Shown in pieces: positions 29,996 through 39,221 of a DNA stretch of 64,000 nt (its first letter is position 1; every line of letters begins with the position of its first letter). The stretch is taken from assembly GCA_036918135.1 (NCBI GenBank), contig JBALDB010000002.1, positions 96,001-160,000 of the forward strand, given 5' to 3'. The stretch comes from Nostoc sp. GTDB lineage: Bacteria; Cyanobacteriota; Cyanobacteriia; Cyanobacteriales; Nostocaceae. The notes under the pieces were generated by a model. The model had not been told where the DNA came from and did no database searches. It saw only the letters and a program-made list of their open reading frames with translations. A program made the translations under genes and the position numbers.

Positions 29996-30297
29996 ATTTG
30001 CGTCCTCATAACTTTCTTCACTCTAGCAATTTTGGAGATTTATATACTTTTAAAGCTATAGGTGAAGAAACTGGTCAAGCCTATGCCCTAATTGAGATCG
30101 TTTCCTTGGCTTTAACGATTCTTACGTTTACGAATTAGATTAGCCTTGATTGTCTGTGGTAGTCTGATTATTTTAGGTGCGCTATGGTTCTCTGGACAAT
30201 TGCCTGGAGTGAGCCGTTGGATCGCTGGCGAAAAAAGTCGCTTCTCTTTTAAATGACCAGCGATCGCTAAATTATCTATAGTCAGTAAATTATTGTT

Positions 30298-31269
30298 TTA
30301 ATCTGGAACCACAATATTTTCTAAACCCTTTTCTGCTGGTGGATATTGTGGGTTAATTGCCTCTAGAGTGTCTGCGATCGTTCGAGCTACTACCAAGTTA
30401 CGATACCACTTATTGTTTGCAGGTACGACATACCAGGGAGCATGAGCAGTCGAGCAATTGTTAATCATGTCCTCAAATGCCGTTTGGTAGTCATCCCACA
30501 GCACCCGCTCTTTTAAGTCGTTGCTGGAAAACTTCCAATGCTTATCTGGATCTTCTAGCCGACTTTCCAAACGCCGTTTTTGTTCGTCTTTAGAAATGTG
30601 AAGAAAAAACTTGATAATAGCAATGTTGTTGAGTGTCAGCATATGCTCAAACTCGTTAATCAACTGATAGCGATCGCGCCAAATATCCTCTGGTACTAGC
30701 TGTTTGACTCGTACAATTAATACATCTTCGTAATGAGAACGATTGAAGATGCTAATCATCCCCCGTTGTGGTGTCCGTTGGTGGTAGCGCCAGAGAAAAT
30801 CATGGCTTATTTCTTCATCGCTGGGCTTTTTGAATGACCAAACCTGACAGCCTTGTGGGTTTAGACCACCGAATACGTGTTTGATAGTACCATCTTTACC
30901 TCCGGTGTCCATCGCTTGCAGCACGATTAGCAAACTGCGATAGTGTTGAGCATATAACCGTTCTTGCAGATTTTGCAACCGTTGACGCTGCTTTTCGAGT
31001 TCTTTTTCAACATGTTTCTTTTTTTCGTAGTCCTCGCAAGCATTCGGATCGAAATTAGCCAAGGTGATGGGCTGTCCGGGGTGGACTCGGTAACGAGGAT
31101 AGTCTGGTTTAGGCGGAGGCTCATCTACAACAATTTTTTCAGGTGCCATTTCTTGGGCATACTCGGTTGTAATCTTTGCTGCTGCTTGTTTTGTCTTATA
31201 AGATTCTGCCGGTGTTGCGTTATCGGTGGGAGTTGAATTATCATTTTTTGAACTATTTGACTGGCTCAT
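30298..31269 (-). CDS. ppk2: Polyphosphate kinase 2 family (class III-like)
   Basis: LQAMDTGGKDGTIKHV, FNRSHYEDVL, KFFLHISKDEQ and PWYVVPA..KW motifs. Confidence 0.92.
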   Translation of the reverse strand: MSQSNSSKNDNSTPTDNATPAESYKTKQAAAKITTEYAQEMAPEKIVVDEPPPKPDYPRYRVHPGQPITLANFDPNACEDYEKKKHVEKELEKQRQRLQNLQERLYAQHYRSLLIVLQAMDTGGKDGTIKHVFGGLNPQGCQVWSFKKPSDEEISHDFLWRYHQRTPQRGMISIFNRSHYEDVLIVRVKQLVPEDIWRDRYQLINEFEHMLTLNNIAIIKFFLHISKDEQKRRLESRLEDPDKHWKFSSNDLKERVLWDDYQTAFEDMINNCSTAHAPWYVVPANNKWYRNLVVARTIADTLEAINPQYPPAEKGLENIVVPD

Positions 31270-31323
31270 AGGTTCTTTTAACTTAGGTAGGATTTACCGT
31301 GCAATATCCTTAATTTGCTCAAT

Positions 31324-32406
31324 TTATTCAAGCGTATCCACCTGAATTTGATGCCAAGAGTTATTCATGTATCCTTTAAAATTCCAAATCGTTCTAACAT
31401 CTTCTGGCTGAGTGTTACCAGCACAATCCCAGGCACGCACAATAACTCGGTTGTTGCTATTTTTAAGATTTACTTGGCTACGCCAAAATTGCCAAGCCCA
31501 GGGATGCTCTGATTCTTCAAGCTCTGCTTGCATCCAAGTTTTTCCGCCATCGGTAGATAGCTCTACGCATTTAATGGTGCAATCTCCAGGGGCGATCGCA
31601 TACCCCTCAATTAAGATAGGGTTTGTCAGTATTTTCTCTCCATCTAATGGATAGCAGATTACAGAATTGACGCTTAGCTCTCCTAATATCTGTCCTTTAG
31701 TCCAATCGACCGTCTGTGATTGTACCTCTGGTGGGAAGAGTTTATAAGCATGTTGCTGAAAGTAGTTACTAGAAGGACTAGTTTGCAGCGTAATGCTCGA
31801 TAACCATTTAACGCTACGAGCGCCAATATAACCAGGTACTACAACCCTTAATGGGAAACCATGCTCAGAAGTTAAAGGCTCACCGTTCATCTCATAGGCT
31901 AAGAGAACTTCTGGACTCATCGCCTTCTCAATGGGAATAGAACCCCCAAAGCCGAATTTCTTACCTTCTTTTTCAACTTCATCGAAACTGCTAAAGGCAA
32001 CATGTTGAACATCGGCTTCGATTCTGGCTGCTTGCAGTACCTCAAAAAGTGGAACGCCGCCCCAGACTGCGTTGCTAACTGCTCCTGCACTCCAAGGTTC
32101 TTCACCTTCAATCGGCTTGGCTTCGATCAACTCATCACGCCGATTGCCAGCGCAGTAAAGCGTTGCCATAACTGTACGTTTCGGGAATTTTTCTCGAATT
32201 TCATTCAATGAAAAATGCAGTGGCTGACCTACACTGCCATCAATAGACAAATGATAGGCGGCTGGATCGATATTAGGAATCGAACCGTGATTGCGGATGT
32301 AAAATAATTCTTTCGGTGTGACAAAGTTTTGCCGTAGCAGCTTCAACGGTGGCTCTGCGTTTAAAGGTATCTGCTCTCGGATAATTAGGTCTGAATGCTT
32401 AATCAT
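31324..32406 (-). CDS. Sulfite oxidase family molybdoenzyme (Moco + dimerisation domain)
   Basis: NAEPP, YIRNHG, CAGNRR, HGFPLRVVVPGYIGARSVKWL and WNFKGYMNNSWH motifs. Confidence 0.92.
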   Translation of the reverse strand: MIKHSDLIIREQIPLNAEPPLKLLRQNFVTPKELFYIRNHGSIPNIDPAAYHLSIDGSVGQPLHFSLNEIREKFPKRTVMATLYCAGNRRDELIEAKPIEGEEPWSAGAVSNAVWGGVPLFEVLQAARIEADVQHVAFSSFDEVEKEGKKFGFGGSIPIEKAMSPEVLLAYEMNGEPLTSEHGFPLRVVVPGYIGARSVKWLSSITLQTSPSSNYFQQHAYKLFPPEVQSQTVDWTKGQILGELSVNSVICYPLDGEKILTNPILIEGYAIAPGDCTIKCVELSTDGGKTWMQAELEESEHPWAWQFWRSQVNLKNSNNRVIVRAWDCAGNTQPEDVRTIWNFKGYMNNSWHQIQVDTLE

Positions 32407-33586
32407 GGTGCTTGTACGATTTATTATTGAGAATAATTTCCCCTTTATTATTAATCTTTAATGGATTTTTAGGAAAAGCTTGATTATTTAAATAACGCAT
32501 AAGTTTCACAGTCTGAAAATTTCGATCTACTTGAGGAATTCCTTGTCGATCCATACGAATCGGAATAATTTTACTTGATACCAAATTTCCAACTGAATTG
32601 AGTTTGACTTCTAAAATCAGTGAGTCACCTGTTTGAGCATTTGTAGATAAAGTTCGATATCCCAAAAAATTCCCTAAAGAATAAGCTATAATTTTTTTCT
32701 TATAAATTTCCATTGCTCTCGGAACATGAGGCCCGTGTCCCAGTATTAAGTCTGCTCCCGCATCAATCATTTTTCGGGCAAAGTTGATTGAATTACCTCG
32801 GTTTTCTCCATAAAAAAACTCTGTCTGATTCTTAATATGTAGTGCCTCCGTTCCTTCGGCTCCAGCGTGCATCGATACTATTACAATCTTGGCATTCTTT
32901 TTAGCTTTTACTACGAGTTTTTTGGCTACTGCTAAATTCTGAATGGAATTATACATTTCATAAGGAGAAAAACCAATCATTGCCACAGAAATATTGTTAG
33001 GTTTTAGATAGAGAATTTGATTTTTATGACCTAATGTAGCAATACCCACAGCCTCAAGATTCTTCTTTGTATCTTTAAACCCTACTAGACCAAAATCCAT
33101 TGCATGGTTATTCGCCATATTGAAGACATTAAAACCAGCCTTAGCAAATAACTGAGCATATACAGGTGGAGAGCGAAATGCAAAGACTTGTCCTCGACTA
33201 ATATCTTTAGTAGTGTAAGGATAATTAGTTAAACTACTTTCAAAGTTCCCAAACAAGATATCAGCTCCTTGTAAGTGAGTTTTCACTAATTTTGGTAATA
33301 ATTGCTCCCGAAAGCGAGGTAATTTGTAGTTAGGAAAATTAGTACCCGGAATAATATCTCCAACAGCTTTGATAGTAATGGTCTTGAGAAAGGTTTGTTT
33401 TTTGGATGTTGGTGGCGTGGATTCAGGTACAACTAATGGTAATAAGCTAGGTTCAGTCGGTGTAGTCGCAGCATTTGTTCGCTGCGATTGCCCCACTCTA
33501 ATCACGACTCCGGCACCAATACATAGATAAAAACACACACTAATAAAAGCAAACGAAACTGTTTGCCCTAAACTCGAATTAGCCAT
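32399..33586 (-). CDS. CapA family metallophosphoesterase
   Basis: AVGDI, GNFE, ANNHAMDFG, HAGAEG, GHGPHV and YSLGNF motifs; N-terminal TM. Confidence 0.9.
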   Translation of the reverse strand: MANSSLGQTVSFAFISVCFYLCIGAGVVIRVGQSQRTNAATTPTEPSLLPLVVPESTPPTSKKQTFLKTITIKAVGDIIPGTNFPNYKLPRFREQLLPKLVKTHLQGADILFGNFESSLTNYPYTTKDISRGQVFAFRSPPVYAQLFAKAGFNVFNMANNHAMDFGLVGFKDTKKNLEAVGIATLGHKNQILYLKPNNISVAMIGFSPYEMYNSIQNLAVAKKLVVKAKKNAKIVIVSMHAGAEGTEALHIKNQTEFFYGENRGNSINFARKMIDAGADLILGHGPHVPRAMEIYKKKIIAYSLGNFLGYRTLSTNAQTGDSLILEVKLNSVGNLVSSKIIPIRMDRQGIPQVDRNFQTVKLMRYLNNQAFPKNPLKINNKGEIILNNKSYKHHD

Positions 33587-33591
33587 CGTTC

Positions 33592-33602
33592 ACTCCTCAC
33601 AC
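33592..33602 (-). promoter_or_regulatory. Predicted Yfr1 sRNA target site GTGTGAGGAGT over the capA RBS
   Basis: Perfect complement of the conserved Yfr1 seed ACUCCUCACAC, ending 5 nt before the ATG. Confidence 0.65.
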
Positions 33603-33732
33603 AATGGCATTAGTTTATCTTAAAAATCTGTGCTGGCAGTGTATATTTTAGTATAATCGAAAAATATCTGCCTAAGTAATTACTGAAGTATATTTATTAT
33701 AATTTTTAGAGTATTATTCTAAAAACTTTTAA

Positions 33733-33852
33733 CTACTTCTCTCTATCTAACTTCTCTTGGATAGCTTGAGGACAGAATTCAGGAGGGTCACCTTTAGCCT
33801 TCACTGCTTGCTTCATTGATTCAGTGCATCTAAAGCTAATAGAAGTTGTCAT
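33733..33852 (-). CDS. Small ribbon-helix-helix-like protein or remnant next to the tRNA 3' end
   Basis: GAGGAG then MTTSISFRCTESMKQAVKAKGDPPEFCPQAIQEKLDREK; beta-helix-helix pattern. Confidence 0.45.
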   Translation of the reverse strand: MTTSISFRCTESMKQAVKAKGDPPEFCPQAIQEKLDREK

Positions 33853-33919
33853 AGGCTCCTCTCCCTTGCGTTGACCAGGTTCTAAATTCTCAGAAGTTCC
33901 CTTATATTGACAACAAAAA

Positions 33920-34004
33920 CGGAGAGGGGGGGATTCGAACCCCCGTTGGGTTTCCCCAAAACGCATTTCGAGTGCGTCACCATGAACCGCTCGGACACCT
34001 CTCC
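33920..34004 (-). tRNA. tRNA-Ser(CGA)
   Basis: GGAGAGG acceptor stem, ACGCA-CTCGAAA-TGCGT anticodon arm, long variable arm, GGTTCGAATCC T-loop; no encoded CCA. Confidence 0.97.
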
Positions 34005-34417
34005 AGGTATTTATTTACAGATTTGAGATTTATATCTAAATTCAAATCTAGGTAAATTAGGGAAATGTTAGTGCATCCCCTACACTATTATAGCATTGTG
34101 ACTAGAATATTTTATTGACTAATACTTGAGCGATCGCCGTAGCTGAAATCCTCTATTTTTGCTTTAATTCTGAAGTTAGATCGATTTTTACTTTTTATTT
34201 AGTACTCGGCACAAGCTAAACGCCCCATTATCATCAACAGCACTGTTTCGGTGACTTCTGTTTGCGTGAGTCTTAACAATCAATCTTCAACTTAACCTGA
34301 TATTAATCCCACAGTCAGCAATTCCTAAAAAGGCGTAGTCCGTGGTAGACATCGCTGCTTTCAATGTCAAGCTACGATTTACTCGAACACCATGCAGCAT
34401 ACAGCCTGAGGTTTTGC

Positions 34418-35425
34418 ATGAAAGTAGCAGTATTCAGCACAAAAGCCTACGATCGGCAGTTTTTGTCAGCTGTAAATTCTCCCACCGAACATGAGTTAGT
34501 ATTTTTTGAACCTCGTTTAAATCAGGATACCGCTATCCTCGCTGCTGAATTTCCCGCTGTTTGCGTATTCGTCCATGACCAGGTTGATGCACCAACTTTA
34601 GAACTTTTAGCTTCACGAGGAACTCACCTAGTTGTCCTCCGCTGTGCTGGATTTAACAATGTAGACTTACAAGCAGCAGCAGACTTAGGGATTACTGTTG
34701 TGCGTGTTCCCGCCTATTCACCCTATGGCGTAGCAGAACATGCTGTAGGATTAATTTTGAGCTTAAATCGCAAAATTCATCGTGCTTATAACCGCGTGCG
34801 AGAAAGCAATTTTTCCCTAGATGGACTCTTGGGATTTAACCTGCATCAGCGTACAGTAGGGATTATTGGCACTGGGAAAATCGGTCTAATTTTAGGACAG
34901 ATTATGAAGGGATTTGGCTGTGACATCCTCGCTTATGATGTGTATCACAATCCAGAATTGGAAGCCTTAGGTGGAAAGTATGTGGAATTGCCTGAGTTAT
35001 TTGCCACCTCTGATATTATCTCTCTGCATTGTCCTCTGACTCCAGAAACACATCATTTGATTGATGCTGAAGCTATAGAACAAATCAAGTCAGGCGTGAT
35101 GCTAATTAATACTAGCAGAGGAGCGCTGATCGATACCCAAGCAGTAATTGAAGGACTAAAGTCTGGTAAAATTGGCTATCTCGGTGTTGATGTCTACGAA
35201 CAAGAATCAGAATTGTTCTTTGAAGACTTGTCTGGCGAAATCATTCAGGATGATATTTTCCAGCGCTTGACAACATTTCCGAATGTACTAATTACTGGAC
35301 ACCAAGCCTTTTTTACAGCAGAAGCTCTCTACAAGATTGCAGAGACAACTTTTGCTAACATTAGCGATGTTGAACAAGGTCGTCCCTGTGCGAATGAAAT
35401 CCGCGCTCAACCAAAAGGTAACTAG
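34418..35425 (+). CDS. ldhA: D-lactate dehydrogenase (D-2-hydroxyacid dehydrogenase)
   Basis: LRCAGFNNVD, VPAYSP..VAEH, GTGKIG, INTSRG, DVYEQE and TGHQAF motifs. Confidence 0.93.
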   Translation: MKVAVFSTKAYDRQFLSAVNSPTEHELVFFEPRLNQDTAILAAEFPAVCVFVHDQVDAPTLELLASRGTHLVVLRCAGFNNVDLQAAADLGITVVRVPAYSPYGVAEHAVGLILSLNRKIHRAYNRVRESNFSLDGLLGFNLHQRTVGIIGTGKIGLILGQIMKGFGCDILAYDVYHNPELEALGGKYVELPELFATSDIISLHCPLTPETHHLIDAEAIEQIKSGVMLINTSRGALIDTQAVIEGLKSGKIGYLGVDVYEQESELFFEDLSGEIIQDDIFQRLTTFPNVLITGHQAFFTAEALYKIAETTFANISDVEQGRPCANEIRAQPKGN

Positions 35426-35768
35426 CAGCGCTACTTCGCCAACCGATATACCCGTGATTATGGATGAGAAAGATGAGGAGATGGGGAGACAGCCTTAGAA
35501 CCTGTAACAAGTCTTTCCCCTTGTCCTCTTTCCTATACCCTATGCCCAATTCCTAATCTCTATAAAATGAAGTATTGGCGTGAAACTATAGCTGTAACTG
35601 CGTGTATTTTAATTGAGCTTGTTACAGCGCAAACGCAGCTTAATTTTTTTGGAGTATTTTCCCAGTTTCAGTATTAATTCTCAGTGAATTTATATCAGCA
35701 GAACGAGCAAAATTACCAATAAATGTTGCTTTTGAATATACTGCGCCTTCGACTTTAAAGGTTGTGAT

Positions 35769-36437
35769 TTAGTGTGATGCAGCTTCTAAAGCAGCTGCTA
35801 CTACGCGAAAATGTTCATCCTGCTGGAGTTTGGCGATTAATAGCTTGGCTTGGGGGTCTTGAGTGCTAGAGAGAGCGATCGCTGTTTTCCATCGGTTTCT
35901 CCAGTATGAATCTTGTGCAAGTTCGGTCAACAGCGCCAAAGCTTGATTCTTCAAAGATGATTTTAACAGTTGACCAAGGGCAATAATCCCTGCTTCTTTA
36001 ACACTTTGGGTTTTGTCCTTCAAAGATTCAATTGCAACAGCTAATAAAATTTCATCCTCCTTAGTTTCCATAAGTAGAGAAATCACCGTCTGACGAACTA
36101 ACCAGTTGTCAGACCGCATAAATAGCTGTTTAAGTAAGGGAATCGTCACGTCACCAAATTCAAAAAGGGAATTGGCAGCTTCCGATAATACATTAGGATC
36201 TTGGTTATGTTCGAGTATTTCTTGCAGAGCTAGAAATGAAGCTTCACTCAGGTGGTTACCCAAACCCATTACCGCAAGACGACAAAGTCCAACGTCTTTT
36301 TCGTTAGCTAGCTTCTGGAGTATCGGAACAGCAACTTCAGATGGAAATTCTGCCAGATCATCTAAGGCAGCTTTGCGCTGATTCAAGGCTTTGGAGCGTA
36401 AATTCAATTCAATCTGCTCGATGTGATTTTGATTCAT
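35769..36437 (-). CDS. HEAT-repeat (PBS lyase/NblB-like) protein
   Basis: Repeated HEAT units (DPNVLSEAANSL, NWLVRQTVI, WRNRWKTAIAL, HFRVVAAALE). Confidence 0.8.
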   Translation of the reverse strand: MNQNHIEQIELNLRSKALNQRKAALDDLAEFPSEVAVPILQKLANEKDVGLCRLAVMGLGNHLSEASFLALQEILEHNQDPNVLSEAANSLFEFGDVTIPLLKQLFMRSDNWLVRQTVISLLMETKEDEILLAVAIESLKDKTQSVKEAGIIALGQLLKSSLKNQALALLTELAQDSYWRNRWKTAIALSSTQDPQAKLLIAKLQQDEHFRVVAAALEAASH

Positions 36438-36580
36438 GTGCTTAAGTAGTAACTCAATCTCCAGTGCCTTTGACGAGCATTGCACTCGTGGATTACTTTT
36501 ATATTAGTTTTATTTATTTAAGGGCAAGTGACAAGCTTAGAATAGATATGCTTGGTGTTAGCGCTAAAAACTTTAAACTA

Positions 36581-36707
36581 CGTAGGTTGGATTGAGGAAC
36601 GTAGACGCCCAGAGGGCGGCTTCCCGTAGTGGAACCCAACATTTCCGGGGTTTTGTTAGGTTTGCTTTCGTACCCCTACGGGGAAGCAAGCTACAACCCA
36701 ACCTACA
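36581..36707. repeat. REP-like inverted repeat with nested small dispersed repeats
   Basis: gtaggttggattgaggaacg...aacccaaca / tgttaggtt...caacccaacctac, interrupted by short GC-rich hairpin inserts. Confidence 0.65.
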
Positions 36708-36843
36708 ATTATCCTTGACCCAAGCGTATTAGCTTAGAATACCCGCAGCCTATGTACTTGGAAAATTCTAGTTTTATTTTGGTGCTATTGTCTACTTCTC
36801 TGGGAATAATAGCTTTGTAGATTACCGCTATTCCAAAAAAATT

Positions 36844-36873
36844 AACCCTCAGCTTACCACTGGGGGCTTTTTT
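36844..36873 (+). terminator. Rho-independent terminator-like hairpin
   Basis: ccctcag-cttacca-ctggggg followed by a T run. Confidence 0.5.
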
Positions 36874-36962
36874 GTTTGGCAAAATGGCAGATCTATCAAT
36901 CAGAGGCTTGGTATCGTATTGGAGTAGGATACATTCCATGCGAAAAAGTACTGACTTGCATT

Positions 36963-36989
36963 ACCCCTGGTTAACTTCCAGGGGTTTTT
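36963..36989 (+). terminator. Rho-independent terminator-like hairpin
   Basis: acccctgg-ttaactt-ccaggggt followed by a T run. Confidence 0.6.
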
Positions 36990-37145
36990 ATTCAAACTTG
37001 GTCAGAATTTAGCACTCACGATTCAAAAGTCAAATTTTACAGGCAACAGCGAGGGTGCGCCATAGCATGGGGTATTTCTCTACCTCACGTTGGCGTAACC
37101 CAAGGTAGAGAAGCTGAAATCTGCTGTCAATTTGGTAAAACTAAA

Positions 37146-38099
37146 TTACCAATTATGGTAGAGTTTTTCTGCATAAAACATAATTTCTTCATTTGGCAGT
37201 CTAATTTTTGGTTTTTGCCGGGGGTATAAACTTTCAACTGCACCTGTATCCTGTTCTATGACTTTAGCTGCTACTTGCAAAACTGAATTTTTAAAAAACA
37301 ATTTCATCAAAGAATTGCTCACTTGAGCATACATCAAAATGAAGGTCTTAGTTGTTTTTTCTGTTTGAGGATAGAGAATGTGAATTTGAGCTATATCACC
37401 AATAGGGGTTTTAGTAAAGAAAGCTGTAGTTGTAGGAAAAGCGTATTCGAGCGTGTTACTGAGAATTTTAGGAAAGATTCCTAAAACAGGATTTTTAATA
37501 ATTTCTCCTAGCGTATTTTTGGCTCTTTTCAAATCTTGTTTTACTGTGGCATAATATCCTGTTTCTTCAAAAGAAGTTACATTACAAGATGTAATTTTAA
37601 ATAGCTCTTTATGAGTACCGTTTTGGTGATTATAGTCGTAGTTAACCATTAGATTACTCAAAAAGTCTCCCTGAATATTTTTTTCGCCAGTTACCCCAAG
37701 AAATTCATAGTCATCTACAATTCTCTGATGTAAATCTGGGATAGGTAATCTTGGTTCAAATCCACAATATGTCCAGATACAATCGTTACTAATAATTAGC
37801 TCTAATGGTTTGAGAATTGGCTGATTACCTTTTTTATCTTCTTGATAAAGTTTCCCTTGTCCATCAAATTCTAGTGCATGAAAAGGGCAAGTAATAGTAT
37901 CTCTTTCTTCACCAACCCAGCCGGATGATAAGGGTGCTTGCATGTGAGGACAGATGTTATCAAGGGCAAAGACTTCACCTTTTTGGTTTTGCCAAATTAC
38001 ATAATCATGCCCATTTAAAGTGATTTTATGAGGTTTATTTACTCCTAATGTAGATTTGTGCGCGATTAACCAAGGCGCGCCAGGTAAAATTACTTGCAT
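37146..38099 (-). CDS. Rieske [2Fe-2S] non-heme iron oxygenase
   Basis: CPHMQA...CPFHA Rieske ligands; N.D..H....H iron motif; EQD. Confidence 0.88.
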   Translation of the reverse strand: MQVILPGAPWLIAHKSTLGVNKPHKITLNGHDYVIWQNQKGEVFALDNICPHMQAPLSSGWVGEERDTITCPFHALEFDGQGKLYQEDKKGNQPILKPLELIISNDCIWTYCGFEPRLPIPDLHQRIVDDYEFLGVTGEKNIQGDFLSNLMVNYDYNHQNGTHKELFKITSCNVTSFEETGYYATVKQDLKRAKNTLGEIIKNPVLGIFPKILSNTLEYAFPTTTAFFTKTPIGDIAQIHILYPQTEKTTKTFILMYAQVSNSLMKLFFKNSVLQVAAKVIEQDTGAVESLYPRQKPKIRLPNEEIMFYAEKLYHNW

Positions 38100-38330
38100 T
38101 TTTCCTCCAAAATTTGGAAAATTGATTTATTAACAAATAATTCGGGAGTCAGTTGTCAATCTTAAAAGTTCAAATTTGTGATTGACGAGCAAGTATTGCC
38201 TGTCCTACCATTGCTCTTTTAAATATCAATTGGGATAATTAAGGTTTAGTTAGCAATGGGCAAGGTAATACTACCAAGCATTGCTCGGCTAACTTCGACT
38301 ACTGTGTGGCTAAATTATGGGAATAGATAG

Positions 38331-38410
38331 TTAACTAATTTTTTAGTTAATTAACTATTAATTTAGTAGACTTGATCTTTTGTGTCAACTACTAACCAAT
38401 TTTTTAGTTA
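38331..38410. promoter_or_regulatory. Palindromic TetR operator sites
   Basis: TTAACTAA-TTTT-TTAGTTAA (38331-38350), TAACCAATTTTTTAGTTA (38393-38410) and a weaker copy between them, in the divergent promoter. Confidence 0.7.
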
Positions 38411-38439
38411 AGATGTTTTCGTTAAGCTGATGGAGCAAC

Positions 38440-39096
38440 GTGGTTCGTTCAACGCAGTCAAAAGTTTCAGATAAAAAACCTCGCCAGGTGCGGGATGCAG
38501 AGGCGACGAAAAAGCAGATTCTTGATGCGGCAGAAGCAGAGTTTGCCAGAAATGGACTTAGTGGGGCGCGAACGGAGGCGATCGCCAAAGGTGCAGGTGT
38601 CACCACAGCGATGATTTACTACTACTTCCAGAGCAAGGAAGGATTATATCAAGCTGTGCTGCAACGCCCAGCGCTAGAAATGCACGAAGTTCTTCAGCAG
38701 TTAAATTTCGATAATTTCCCACCAGAGGAGGCTCTGAAGTTGCTTGTTAAAGAAGCGATCGCGTATGAAGCAGCCCACCCACACCGAGGAATGCTTTGGT
38801 TTCAAGAAGCAAACCAAAATCAGGGAAAGTATTTCAAACAGGGGAATTGGCAAGAAAATTTTGCCTATCTCATCAAGATTTTAGAGCGCGGGATGGCAGA
38901 GGGTTGTTTTCGTCAACTCGATCCATTTCTCACTACCCTGCATATTATTGGGGTTTGTAATTTATACTTCAATGCCTACGAAAACATCAAGCATACTAGA
39001 CCGGATTTGGAACTGCTGAGTCCAGAAATGATTGAGCAGCACACCCAAGCAGCAGTGAATTTTATTTTGGCTGCTGTACTACTTACTGGAGATTAG
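38440..39096 (+). CDS. TetR/AcrR family transcriptional regulator
   Basis: ILDAAEAEFARNG.SGART..IA..AGV...MIYYYF.SKEGLY HTH. Confidence 0.95.
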   Translation: MVRSTQSKVSDKKPRQVRDAEATKKQILDAAEAEFARNGLSGARTEAIAKGAGVTTAMIYYYFQSKEGLYQAVLQRPALEMHEVLQQLNFDNFPPEEALKLLVKEAIAYEAAHPHRGMLWFQEANQNQGKYFKQGNWQENFAYLIKILERGMAEGCFRQLDPFLTTLHIIGVCNLYFNAYENIKHTRPDLELLSPEMIEQHTQAAVNFILAAVLLTGD

Positions 39097-39221
39097 AGAT
39101 TGAACTCGAAATTTTGATTATGAATACGAACTTTTTAAAGTAAATTATTGATATTATTTCTCATATACATGATTAGATTTCGCTATTTATTGTATATGAG
39201 CTAAATCTCCATCTCATTTAT

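Noticed and set aside
33853..33966. 5' part of the 77-aa ORF
   Set aside because: Runs through the tRNA gene; only the downstream part is plausibly coding
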